Notes under the pieces: generated by a model
Database searches by the model: none
Told to the model about the DNA's origin: nothing
What the model saw: only the letters and a program-made list of their open reading frames with translations
Assembly: GCA_964567185.1 (NCBI GenBank)
Contig: CAZMKZ010000003.1
Span: 556 to 64,555 of the forward strand
DNA length: 64,000 nucleotides
Source: an uncultured Thermodesulfobacteriota bacterium
GTDB taxonomy: Bacteria; Desulfobacterota; GWC2-55-46; JADFVP01
Direction of reading: 5' to 3'
In this document: piece by piece, positions 1 to 9,700 of the stretch
How positions within the stretch are numbered: the stretch's first letter is position 1
How the letters are laid out: each line of letters starts with the position of its first letter
Translations under genes and position numbers: made by a program

Positions 1-1986
1 AGAACCGCCCTCGCTTGCGCTCGGGGTATTCTACCTCGCAGTACTTTCTATATCCAAGAGACGTATAATTCACCAGTTGCTGTAAGAGCCCCTGCCAGTT
101 TTGTACTTCATAGGTGTAACCCATATATTTGACCTCCCGGTCTTTCATGGTTACGCGCTCCCGCGCAGTTGACAAACCCCCTCAAGGCACTGTTACCAGT
201 ACACTGAGGGGGGCTGCCAACCCCCTTGAATGTTATGCCGGATGTGAATTTTCAAGTGTGTTTTACGACGGGTTGCCATACCCGTCACACTCGGACCACC
301 ACTGCCTGCAGCGGTCCTCAGACTCTACTAATTCACGCTAATCAACCCTCGACACCGTAAATACGGCTCGGTGGGGTCTTTCCATGTTAGGCATGTTCGT
401 CAAGACTTGAGTCCGGCGCGGATTTGACTGTTCACAATGGTTGTAGTCCATGAAGGACCGGGGCCGAATACAGAAGAGCCCCCTTACTTTCCTCTATGAG
501 GATTTGGGATACCCATTGTTATTAACCGCTATGGCCTGACCGCTCTCAAGTCTCTTACCAGGTTGCACCCTCCTCTAACGGATAGGGCGCTTTACCCATG
601 AGCTTCATCATGGGCCTTTGTCGGGTTGAGCTATTCACCGATACCTGTTACCAGACATTGGCTCCCCCGCCTGGCCCGTGTTATAGTGTTACCACTATCC
701 CACGGTTCGGATTTTCACCGATTCAAACATACCGGGCTCTCTTCCTGATTGCCGGAAGAAAACCATTTTCATGTCGCCCGTAATCTCTCCGTGCGTAGTG
801 GGTAGAAACGCTTTTACACGTAGCCCCCGTTGCCACCGCGCCAGCACCTCTCGATGCACGCGGCGACGTCCATCGCCAATACAGTACGCCTGGCAGGCGC
901 ATTAGTTTGACGATAGCCAACTCTGGAGGTGGCAAACTCCTCCATGTTGACCTGCACAACACTCAAATAGGAAATTTAACTTCGGCAGGGTCTCTTGTTA
1001 CGGCACAAAACACTACACCATAACAAAAGCCTTCTTCTCGTAGACTTGATCTTCTTATCTGAACCCGCCGCCTTTAGAGCGGCTCTTACATCAGACACGC
1101 AGGCTCAATGAGCCTGGTAACATGGGCCGGAACGGCCCCTTCGACATACTTGAGAGTATTACTTCCAGCTTCTTCTTCCAACTTGACGTGAGACCAACAG
1201 AACTCACTCCACAATCCCTACAACCCCTTGATCCTTAAATCCTTTTCCTTCTTTTTAGCGTATAAACGCGATACCCATTATGAATACAGTATGGGAGAGC
1301 GCAAAAAAAATATATAAGGCTCATCCCTTAATCATATTCCCCGCTTTGCATTATTCGTATGTGACTGTCAGGTTGGGGATCCTTTTGACAGGCACGGCCT
1401 ACTGAAATCAACCATGTATAAATACTATAGAAGATAACCGGAAAAATGTCAAGCAGAAAAGTGCTAAATTATTCATATAAAACAAAGGGTTAGTAGCTCC
1501 AGCAGTCATTATCAAATATAGCCAAACAGGAGTTCATACAATGATTGATTAAACTTTTTTATGGTATTTAGCCATGCTTGTTGGAAAAGCTAAATTTATT
1601 GTTGCGGGTTTTTTTTGCCTGTGGCAAAATATTTCTGTCTTATAAAAGACATCTTCCGCCTCTCCTCCGGGTGCAAGGCGGAAAATATCAAAGCGCCCCG
1701 AAGAAAGGAGGGCTGAATGCCACGCGCTTTGAGGAACGCACGAGCAGCAAAGGGCTGCGGGCCAGTGCATGGAAGTCGCCTGCGTTCGTAAAAAGACGAG
1801 CTTCAACAGTTGTAAACACTGCCTGTATGGACCGTAACCCTTACGGTCAAGCCTGTCTCGCCGCAGAGTAGACCCTCACGGTCAACGCTGTCCTTTAGTT
1901 GCTCCATTAACATATGTCCAATCGCAGGGGCTGTCTTTTTCGCATACACAGCCCTTCGCAGGAGTGCGTCCTTTTGGCTCTGGCCC
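1..1986. other. ORF-poor segment at the inner end of the integrative element: about 1-1255 at normal GC and about 1255-1620 AT-rich. Candidate structured RNA or regulatory DNA.
   Basis: No ORF longer than about 100 aa on any frame across roughly 2 kb. The short ORFs found have no recognisable motifs. The segment lies between the window edge and the xis-like gene of the tRNA-linked element. Confidence 0.4.
1830..1888 (+). promoter_or_regulatory. Operator-like sites upstream of the xis-like gene: a perfect palindrome GACCGTAACCCTTACGGTC (1830-1848) and a direct-repeat half-site CACGGTCAACGC (about 1877-1888).
   Basis: The palindrome and the repeated ACGGTCAA(G/C)GC motif, spaced about 36 bp apart, lie just 5' of the excisionase-like ORF. 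Confidence 0.4.
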
Positions 1987-2301
1987 GTGAAAATAAATAT
2001 AGACCTATGTGATACGAGTGAACTTGAGGAGCGTATCGCCAGAGAGGTTGTAAAGGCCATAAGGCCTCTTCTTGGAGATGCAGGGAAGGACAGGAATCTT
2101 ATCTTCTCCGTAGAGGCGCTTGCCAAATACCTCGGTGTATCGAACCAATGGGTTTATGACCGTATCAAGTCCAGGGAGATACCATACATCAAGGTCGGTA
2201 AATTCTGTCGGTTCAGAAAGAGAGAGATCGATGGCTGGCTCGATAACATGAAGGTCCCCATGGTTAATCCTTACACTGGTAAGGTTCCGGGGCTCAGATG
2301 A
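1987..2301 (+). CDS. Excisionase / AlpA-like helix-turn-helix DNA-binding protein (Xis family)
   Basis: The C-terminal segment YLGVSNQWVYDRIKSREIPYIKVGKFCRFRKREIDGWL resembles the excisionase/HTH_17 DNA-binding domain. The gene sits immediately upstream of the integrase and may start at an internal Met. Confidence 0.55.
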   Translation: MKINIDLCDTSELEERIAREVVKAIRPLLGDAGKDRNLIFSVEALAKYLGVSNQWVYDRIKSREIPYIKVGKFCRFRKREIDGWLDNMKVPMVNPYTGKVPGLR

Positions 2302-2342
2302 GCCCCGGGGTAAACTCAGGTGCCGGACGCAATGCGTCCGGC
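2287..2342 (+). promoter_or_regulatory. Two perfect inverted repeats between xis and int: CCGGGGCTCAgatGAGCCCCGG (2287-2308, overlapping the xis stop) and GCCGGACGCAATGCGTCCGGC (2322-2342). Possible terminator, attenuator or protein-binding sites.
   Basis: Both are read directly from the sequence. The first has a 9-10 bp stem and the second is a 21-bp palindrome. Confidence 0.35.
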
Positions 2343-2440
2343 TACCTCAAAAGGAGGTGATGAAAAGGGTGTGCACAGGCGATTGGAGAAGTATCTCCAC
2401 TGAAAAAACAAAATCTCAAGAATAAGGAGGCATATGAACA

Positions 2441-3637
2441 ATGGCAAAGGCAAAGGGAATTTACAAGCGCGGTAACGTCTGGTGGCTGAGATACGCCGGG
2501 CCTGACGGTTTAACACGCTACGAGTCTGCCAAGACAGCGTCATTCCGCGATGCGCAGGCAATGCTCATAGACCGTAAAAAAGAGGTGCAGGAAGGCCGAG
2601 ACCCTACGCTGGTAAGAAAGATAAAGTATCACACCTTTGGTGAGTTACGAGATAACTATCTCATCTGGGCTAAACGGCAGAGGGCTTTTGAAGCCAAAAA
2701 GAATGTCATCAACCTGCTCTTCAGAGAATTCGGCAATATACCTCTCAGACACTTCAACACAAGGCTTCTCGATGCTTTTCAATCAAAGTGTATCTCTGAT
2801 GGCAAGGCCCCAGCCACTATCAACCGGCGACTTGCCACCATAAAGCACATGTTCACCAAGGCCGTGGAGTGGGAGATGGTCGAGGAAGAGGTCCTGAAGA
2901 AAGTTAGGAGAGTCAAACTCCTTCCCGAGAACAACCGCAGACTCAGGTACCTCTCAAAGGTAGAATGTCAGGCCCTTGCGGATGCCTGTGCGCCCCATCT
3001 TCGGCCCATTGTCGTAACGGCCCTCAATACGGGCATGCGAAAAGAAGAGATACTCTCCCTTAAATGGGAGAAGAATATCGACCTCCAGCATGGCTTCATT
3101 CTACTTGAGAGGACAAAGAACGGCGATAGGAGGGAGATACCCATGAACAATACCCTCAGAGAGACCTTACAGGGCCTTGTAAGGCACATAAGGAGCCCTT
3201 ACGTCTTTACAGACCATAAGGGCAGGAGGTTCTTGAACGTCCGGCGTTCCTTCATAACCGCCTTGAAAGAAACAGAACTGGACAAATGCCCGGAATGTCA
3301 CCACGAAACACGGAAGGGTGAAACAGAGAAACCAGGCCAGTGCCCGGAGTGCGGTATGCGGATTGAGAGAAGGAAGGGAATAAGGGACTTCAGGTTCCAT
3401 GACCTACGCCATACCTTTGCGAGTCACCTCGTAATGTCCGGCGTGGACATTACGACCGTAAAGGAACTCCTCGGTCACAAGACCCTTGCAATGACGCTCA
3501 GGTATGCCCACCTCGCGCCTGCGCATAAGACAAGGGCCGTGGAAATACTCGACGAAAACTTGGGCTTAAACTCTACTATACAAAAACTATACAATTTCAA
3601 GAAAAAAGGGCTACGGCGTAATCCCGTAACCCCTTGA
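2441..3637 (+). CDS. int: Site-specific tyrosine recombinase (phage integrase family) with an inserted Cys4 zinc-ribbon
   Basis: C-terminal catalytic signatures HDLRHTFAS...LLGH...LRYAHL with the terminal Tyr. An N-terminal SAM-like core-binding region. An insertion CPECHHETRKGETEKPGQCPECG. The RBS AAGGAGG lies upstream. The stop codon is 6 bp from the 3' end of tRNA-Arg. Confidence 0.85.
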   Translation: MAKAKGIYKRGNVWWLRYAGPDGLTRYESAKTASFRDAQAMLIDRKKEVQEGRDPTLVRKIKYHTFGELRDNYLIWAKRQRAFEAKKNVINLLFREFGNIPLRHFNTRLLDAFQSKCISDGKAPATINRRLATIKHMFTKAVEWEMVEEEVLKKVRRVKLLPENNRRLRYLSKVECQALADACAPHLRPIVVTALNTGMRKEEILSLKWEKNIDLQHGFILLERTKNGDRREIPMNNTLRETLQGLVRHIRSPYVFTDHKGRRFLNVRRSFITALKETELDKCPECHHETRKGETEKPGQCPECGMRIERRKGIRDFRFHDLRHTFASHLVMSGVDITTVKELLGHKTLAMTLRYAHLAPAHKTRAVEILDENLGLNSTIQKLYNFKKKGLRRNPVTP

Positions 3638-3643
3638 TTTTGT

Positions 3644-3720
3644 TGGTGCCCTCGAGAGGATTCGAACCTCCGGCACACGGATTAGGAATCCGTTGCTCTA
3701 TCCTACTGAGCTACGAGGGC
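3644..3720 (-). tRNA. tRNA-Arg (anticodon CCT), 77 nt with encoded CCA
   Basis: The reverse complement GCCCTCGTAGCTCAGTAGGATAGAGCAACGGATTCCTAATCCGTGTGCCGGAGGTTCGAATCCTCTCGAGGGCACCA folds as a cloverleaf: a 7-bp acceptor stem, a GCTC/GAGC D-stem, the anticodon loop TTCCTAA and a GGTTCGAATCC T-loop. Confidence 0.9.
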
Positions 3721-3843
3721 CTTGCATAGTGATTGAGTACTGCGGTTATATCGTAGTCTGCGGCATTCACGGAAGATGCTCTGTCGTGGTATGTAATATT
3801 ACACACAACCATTTTGCCTGTCAATATCTTTAAGTTTCCATGA

Positions 3844-4602
3844 TTATTCTTTTCTATACACTCCCTTGAGGTCAAGGAGCCTTATCTTCATAATATCAAA
3901 GAACATGCCCATGGAATCACTCACCGGGTTTACACTGCTCGATTCCGAGCTTTTCGCCCAGATAATGGGGAATTCCCTCACCCTGTAGCCGAGCTTTTTG
4001 GCAATATAGATTATCTCAACGTCAAAACTGAATCCGCTCATGGTCTGCAGGCTGAATACATCCATCGCGGCATCACTGCTGAAGGCCTTGAAGCCGCACT
4101 GCGTGTCGCCAATCTCCTTTATGGCGATAAGGCGGACAAAGATATTAAAAACCTTGCTCATGACTTTTCGCAGTGGCGATGTGTGGACCACAATCCGCGC
4201 CCCGCTAACGGTCCTCGACCCTATGGCCACATCGGCCGCCTTTTCCCTTATCATCTTCAGGGGCTTTTCCACTTCGCTGATGGGGTAGGAGAGGTCCGCG
4301 TCCGTAAAGGCTATCACCCTGCCCCTTGCCGCAAGGCACCCTTTCTTTACGGAAAAACCCTTGCCCATGTTCTGCTCGTTCTTAAGTACCCTGATGCGTT
4401 TATTCCCGGCGCTCGCTGAGAGGGCTATTGCTTCGGTATTGTCCGTACTTCCGTCTGATACGAGGATTATCTCGTAATGAAATCCCCTCTCCTCAAGGTA
4501 CCCGGAGACCTCGGCGAGGGTATCGCCGATAACCTTCTCTTCGTTGTAGGCGGGTATGACTATGGAGATTTCCGGCCGTCTCACGGCGCCTTTTCCCGGC
4601 AT
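3844..4602 (-). CDS. Family 2 glycosyltransferase (polyprenol-phosphate glycosyltransferase-like)
   Basis: IVIPAYNEE...VSDGSTDNT GT2 signature and a DXD region. Confidence 0.75.
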   Translation of the reverse strand: MPGKGAVRRPEISIVIPAYNEEKVIGDTLAEVSGYLEERGFHYEIILVSDGSTDNTEAIALSASAGNKRIRVLKNEQNMGKGFSVKKGCLAARGRVIAFTDADLSYPISEVEKPLKMIREKAADVAIGSRTVSGARIVVHTSPLRKVMSKVFNIFVRLIAIKEIGDTQCGFKAFSSDAAMDVFSLQTMSGFSFDVEIIYIAKKLGYRVREFPIIWAKSSESSSVNPVSDSMGMFFDIMKIRLLDLKGVYRKE

Positions 4603-4603
4603 A

Positions 4604-6124
4604 TCAGGACCATCCCAGGAGGCGGGTCATGAGCATTACCCCGGCCATTATGATAAAAAAACCGCCGATATCAAACAATATCCCTTTACGCACCATGGAG
4701 AGTATGGGTACGAGGCCTGAGCCGTATACTATGGCGTTAGGAGGGGTGGAGACGGGGAGCATGAAGCCGAACGACGCCCCCAGCGTGGCACCGAGGGCAG
4801 GCGCGATGGGAGAGACGCCGGCGCCCTGCGCGATGGCTATCATCACGGGGATTATCATATTTGCCGAGGCCGTGTTGGAGGTAGTCTCACTGAGAATTAT
4901 TGCGAGTATGGTCCCTATTGCCGTGATGCCAAGAGAAGACGAGGCCCCTGTTAACCCCGTAAGCGTCTCTCCGAGGTAATCGGCAAGCCCTGTGCTGAAC
5001 ATGAGGCTACCGAGGCTCAAACCGCCGCCAAAGAGCAGTACCGTGCCCCAGTCTATGCGAACGGCCCGTTTCCAGTCCATTGTGAACTCGCCTCTGGCAA
5101 GTGATACAGGGAGTATAAAGAGCAGTGAAGCGGCAATAAGGGCCACAACACCCACGTTTAGCCTTGCGGAGAGGAGGTGCGACAAAGGGGCGCTTTTGCC
5201 GAATACAATGCCCGATATACTTGGCAATACCCATAAAAAAACAGCAAGGTAGAAGCAGAGCGCCGTATTCTTTGCTCCCCTTGACCAGGGGCCCAGCTCA
5301 CTGCGGGCCTTTTTAATATATTTTTCAATCCCAGCGATGTTCGCTCCCTTTAGCCCGCTCCTTCCCCGCAGTATGAAAAAAAGATAGAGAAACATTACGG
5401 ACGTAATGGGCAGGGCAAAGACCATCCACTCGTAAAAGGATATTTTTATTCCCGCAAGCTGGTCCATCATTCCGATGCCGATTACATTCGGCGGCGTGCC
5501 TATGGGCGTGGCAATGCCGCCCACTGAGGCCCCGTAGGCCACCATGAGCATCATGGCAACGGAGAATTTCTTGAAATCGTAATTGCCTCCTGTTTCCCTG
5601 TGGATCTCTCTCATGGCCGCGAGCACGCCAAGGGCTATGGGCAGCATCATGGCAGTAGATGCCGTGTTGCTTATACCCATGGATACGAGGGCCACGATAA
5701 GCCCAATGGTAAAGAGGACGCGTGAGGGGGACTTGTGGAGAAAACGTATGGAAAAGATGGCGAATGCGAACCTTCTGTCAAGTCCGTGGTAGGTAATGGC
5801 CTCGGCAAGGATGAAGGAGCCGATAAAGAGGAAGACCAGCGGGTGTGCAAAGGGCGCGAGGACGACCTTTGCCGGGGCCACGCCAAGCAGAACGTTAAGC
5901 ACGGCGCCGAGCATGGCCGTTACGGGTATTGGAATGGTCTCGGTAAGCCATAAGACGATGACAAGGCCCGTTACCGCGGTGAGCTTGTGCTGAACCGGAG
6001 TCATGGCCCCAAAGGGGATTAAATACAGGACGATAAAGGCAACGGGGCCGAGGATAAGCCCTGATATCTTCCTTAACCTCTCGGCCTTCTCCTCGCCCGG
6101 GGAAAGGACTTCTTTATAGCTCAT
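4604..6124 (-). CDS. DASS / SLC13-family anion transporter (ArsB/NhaD permease superfamily)
   Basis: A 506-aa polytopic membrane protein with duplicated hairpin-rich halves typical of divalent anion:Na+ symporters. Confidence 0.7.
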   Translation of the reverse strand: MSYKEVLSPGEEKAERLRKISGLILGPVAFIVLYLIPFGAMTPVQHKLTAVTGLVIVLWLTETIPIPVTAMLGAVLNVLLGVAPAKVVLAPFAHPLVFLFIGSFILAEAITYHGLDRRFAFAIFSIRFLHKSPSRVLFTIGLIVALVSMGISNTASTAMMLPIALGVLAAMREIHRETGGNYDFKKFSVAMMLMVAYGASVGGIATPIGTPPNVIGIGMMDQLAGIKISFYEWMVFALPITSVMFLYLFFILRGRSGLKGANIAGIEKYIKKARSELGPWSRGAKNTALCFYLAVFLWVLPSISGIVFGKSAPLSHLLSARLNVGVVALIAASLLFILPVSLARGEFTMDWKRAVRIDWGTVLLFGGGLSLGSLMFSTGLADYLGETLTGLTGASSSLGITAIGTILAIILSETTSNTASANMIIPVMIAIAQGAGVSPIAPALGATLGASFGFMLPVSTPPNAIVYGSGLVPILSMVRKGILFDIGGFFIIMAGVMLMTRLLGWS

Positions 6125-6321
6125 AAAAGGGCCTTATGCTCTTTATTTCCGGGCATGAACATGAAAGAGAGAGTATATGTTTAAGGGTGAATTTATGACG
6201 AAGATAAATAGGGAGCTTCATTATGGGAACCAGAGTCAGGGGTTTTAAGGCTTATAAAGGCAGTCGTTTTACAAAGGGTAAAAGAAAAGGGAACCGCAAG
6301 GTCCCCTCCCCTTATCTCTTC

Positions 6322-6552
6322 TTACTCGCCGGCCTCTTCGGCCTCGGCGGCATCTATGAGCTCGCCGACAAACATATCAAGGTCCGTTGAGTGCATTGAG
6401 CAGGCCATTGAGATGGGTTCAGTGCCGAATGCAGGGCAGGTAAAGCAACCCGAGCCGAAGTGCCTCGTAAAGACCTCTTTTGTAGAGGGCCAAGTCTCCG
6501 TGACCTCCCCTGTTGTCATCTCACCTGTGATATTTATCTCTGACATGGACAT
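6322..6552 (-). CDS. DUF1858 domain protein (hybrid-cluster-protein-associated redox disulfide protein family)
   Basis: A 76-aa protein with the MTTGEV...EVF..HFGSGCFTCP...L..A. pattern characteristic of DUF1858. Confidence 0.5.
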   Translation of the reverse strand: MSMSEINITGEMTTGEVTETWPSTKEVFTRHFGSGCFTCPAFGTEPISMACSMHSTDLDMFVGELIDAAEAEEAGE

Positions 6553-6724
6553 ACTCCTTTATTGATTCGTGGGTTATCTCATAATTACTGTGAGTTTATT
6601 ATATTATTTCAAGGTACTGAAAATCAAATAAAAAAAGGGCCGGGTGAAGGGGCGGTGATGCGCTAATAAAAGTTTATGCTTTTTTGCATGGCAGGCCCGG
6701 CCACCATTAAAAACCGTTTTTACC

Positions 6725-9700
6725 TTAAGACTTCTCCGCAACTTTTCCCGGTTTTTCCATCTTGATGACAAACATGAGAAGGGCCGGGATGACAAGGACG
6801 GTAAAGATGGTGCTCACGGCAAGACCGCCGAGCACGACGCTTCCAAGGCCCCTGTAAAGCTCGGAGCCCGGACCCGGGGCGACCACGAGGGGCAACATGC
6901 CGAGGACGCTTGTAAAGGCGCTCATGTAGATGGGACGTAGCCTCGTGCGCGTGGCGGCAAGCACGGCCTCTCTGTGCTCCATGCCCTCATTGCGGATAAA
7001 GTTCAGGGACTGATGGACGATGAGGATGGCGTTATTCACAACTACGCCTATGAGGATAATAAAGCCCAGCATGGTGAGGATATCAAGGGGCGAAGGCGCT
7101 ATGAAGATGTTTACGAGTTTGAGGCCTATAAACCCCCCTGCCCCGGCAAGGGGCACTGTAAACATGACGATAATGGGATAGATGAAATTGCCGAACAGCG
7201 CCGACAGCAGTAGATATGTGATAATGACGGCAAGTAAAAAATTCCACTGCAGAGACCTTCTCATCACGGTCAGCTTATCCGCGGCGCCGCTCAGCCTTAC
7301 GTTAATGCCGCCAAGGATGCCGGCCTTTTTTACACCCGGGATTATGTCATTCTGTATCCCGTCCATGACCGTCTCGAGGGGCATATACCGCGGAGGGGTC
7401 ACCTGAAGCGTAATGGTCCTCTGCCTCTCAAGGTGCCTTATCTGGGTAATGCCGTTTGTCCTCTCAAGGGTTGATAAGGAGGAGAGCGGCACTATCATGC
7501 CCGAAGGTGTTGTCACCTGCGCCTTGTAAAGCTTCTCGGGCGTAGCAATATCCTCGCGAGAGGTCTTCAGGACAAGGTCTATTTTTTTACTTCCCTTTGG
7601 TTTAAAATCGCCTATCTTTCTGCCGTCCATTAACACATCCGTTATGAGACCAAGGTCGCGGACGCTCATTCCAACGGCCCGGAGCCGCGCTCTATCGGGC
7701 TTTATCCGTACCTCGGGGTATAGTATCTCAAGGGACGGCACGGGACGGAGCTGTACGTCGGGTATCTCTTTTTTAAGTATTCCGTACATGGCGCCCGCCG
7801 CCATGACAAGGCGGCTTATATCTGGACCGCTAAAATCTATATCAATAGTACGGCCCCTGCCAAGCCGTGTCTGAAAGATACTGGCCTGTGTGCTGATGCC
7901 GAAAAAACCGGGTATGTTGAAGATGGCCCTTCGAAATAGCGGTATGAGTTCCCGCACCCTCGAAGGCTCTTCTGACATGGCCCCAAAGAGGGTAAACTGA
8001 TCGGAACCAACGTAAAAGGTATGCTTGATGGCGGGAAACCCACCGGCCTCTTTATGAAGGTGAGGCTCTATGGTCTTGAAGATGTTGTTCTTCCAGATAT
8101 CCCTCTTCTCGGCGTATGAAATTCCCGGCGGGGGAATAAGTATATTCATGAGAAGATTTCGGTTTCCCTGAGGCAGATACTCCATCTTGGGCATGAGAAA
8201 AAAGACAGAGCCTCCGGCGAGGACCAGGAGGGTAACGATTGTAACGATACGGGTAAGAGGCGTCTTTATGACCCAGCCCACAAGGCCCATGTAGCCGTTT
8301 GCAAGGCCGTTGCCGAAGGAGCCGAATATACCGCCCTTTCTTTTGGCAATGGCCTTATTTTTTTTAAGGGAACGAGACAAAAGTTTATTGGAAAGCATGG
8401 GTATGACGGTGACGGCGACTACAAGACTGAGGATCTCGCTGAAGGTAATGGCAAGGGCAATATCACGAAAGAGCTGACCCGCCTCTTCTTTCATGAATAT
8501 AACAGGGAGGAAGACGGCCACCGTGGTCACAGTCGAGGCTAATATGGCGACCCATACCTCTACGGTGCCGTCATAGGCGGCCTTGAAGGCACTCTTTCCC
8601 ATGTGGAGGTGCCGGTCTATATTTTCAAGCACAACGATAGAGTCGTCCACAAGCATACCAACGGCAAAGCTTATTCCCGCGAGGCTCACTACGTTGAGGT
8701 TTCTTCCAAGAAGACTCATGCAGAGAAAGGTGCCGATAACGCTTATGGGTATGGCAAAGGCAACAACAAGGGTGGAGGAAAAACTTCCGAGGAATATGAG
8801 CAGGGTTATTATGGCCAGCGCGCCGCCTATTAGCATATTTTCCCTGACAAGTCCTATGGCGCCGTTAATGTATGGACGCTGATCATAGACCCATGTAAAG
8901 GAGAGGCCGTTGTCCTTCAGAAGCCCCTTGTTGAGGTCCTTTATAACCACCTCAACCCTGTCGGTAAGCTCAAGGATGTTGGCGTCCGGGGCGGGCTTGA
9001 TACCAACGGCGATACCCTCCGTGCCGTCCTGAAACATTGCCACGCTGGCCTTATGGTAGCCGTAGCGCACCTCTGCGATGTCACGAAGGAGGGTGCGCTC
9101 CTGCCCTGTGTTTCTGATGACCAGTCGGCCAAGCTCGGCGGGGGTCCTTGTCTCGCCCACTGTGCGTATGCGGAAATCCCTTCTGCCGACGCCCATGGTG
9201 CCTGCCGATATGTTTACGTTATCAGAGGCAAGTTTTGCCGAGAGATCAGTGATGCTGATACCGTAAGAGGCAAGACGCGCGGGGTTTACGACGATGTGCA
9301 TCTCTTTTTCCTGCCCGCCGGCCACCATGAGGTCGGCCACACCCTCGACACGCTCGAGGCGCTGGCGCACCTCGTTCTCAAAAAAGGTCCTGTACGAGTA
9401 TATATTTGTCTTATTGCCGGGAAGGGTCTTGAGGATATTCCATATTACAGGGGCCGTTTCCGTGCCCGTGGCGTTTATAACGGGACGTTCCACGTTCACG
9501 GGGTAGCGCAGAACCTCGTTCAGCTTGTTCGAGACTCGAAGCAGGGCGTCGTCAACATCTGTCTGGATTGTGAAACGCATGGTTATGGTGCCGAGGTTGT
9601 CAAAGGACGTGCTCTCCATGCTCACAAGCCCGGCGATTCCCTTCAATACCTTCTCCTGTTCCTCGATTATGTCGCGCTCAACCTCAAAGGGCGTGGCCCC

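Noticed and set aside
1-1255. Calling the ORF-free segment a bona fide rRNA gene.
   Set aside because: The resemblance to LSU rRNA is limited to a few short colinear motifs with wrong spacing. Universally invariant stretches, such as the GACGGAAAGACCCCGTGAACC continuation and the sarcin-ricin loop, are not intact. It is reported only as a hypothesis.
1549-2126. Short ORFs at 1549-1806 (minus), 1578-1871 (plus) and 1803-2126 (minus) in the island's AT-rich and operator region.
   Set aside because: They overlap one another and the operator palindromes, and they lack RBS or motif support. The DNA is more plausibly regulatory.
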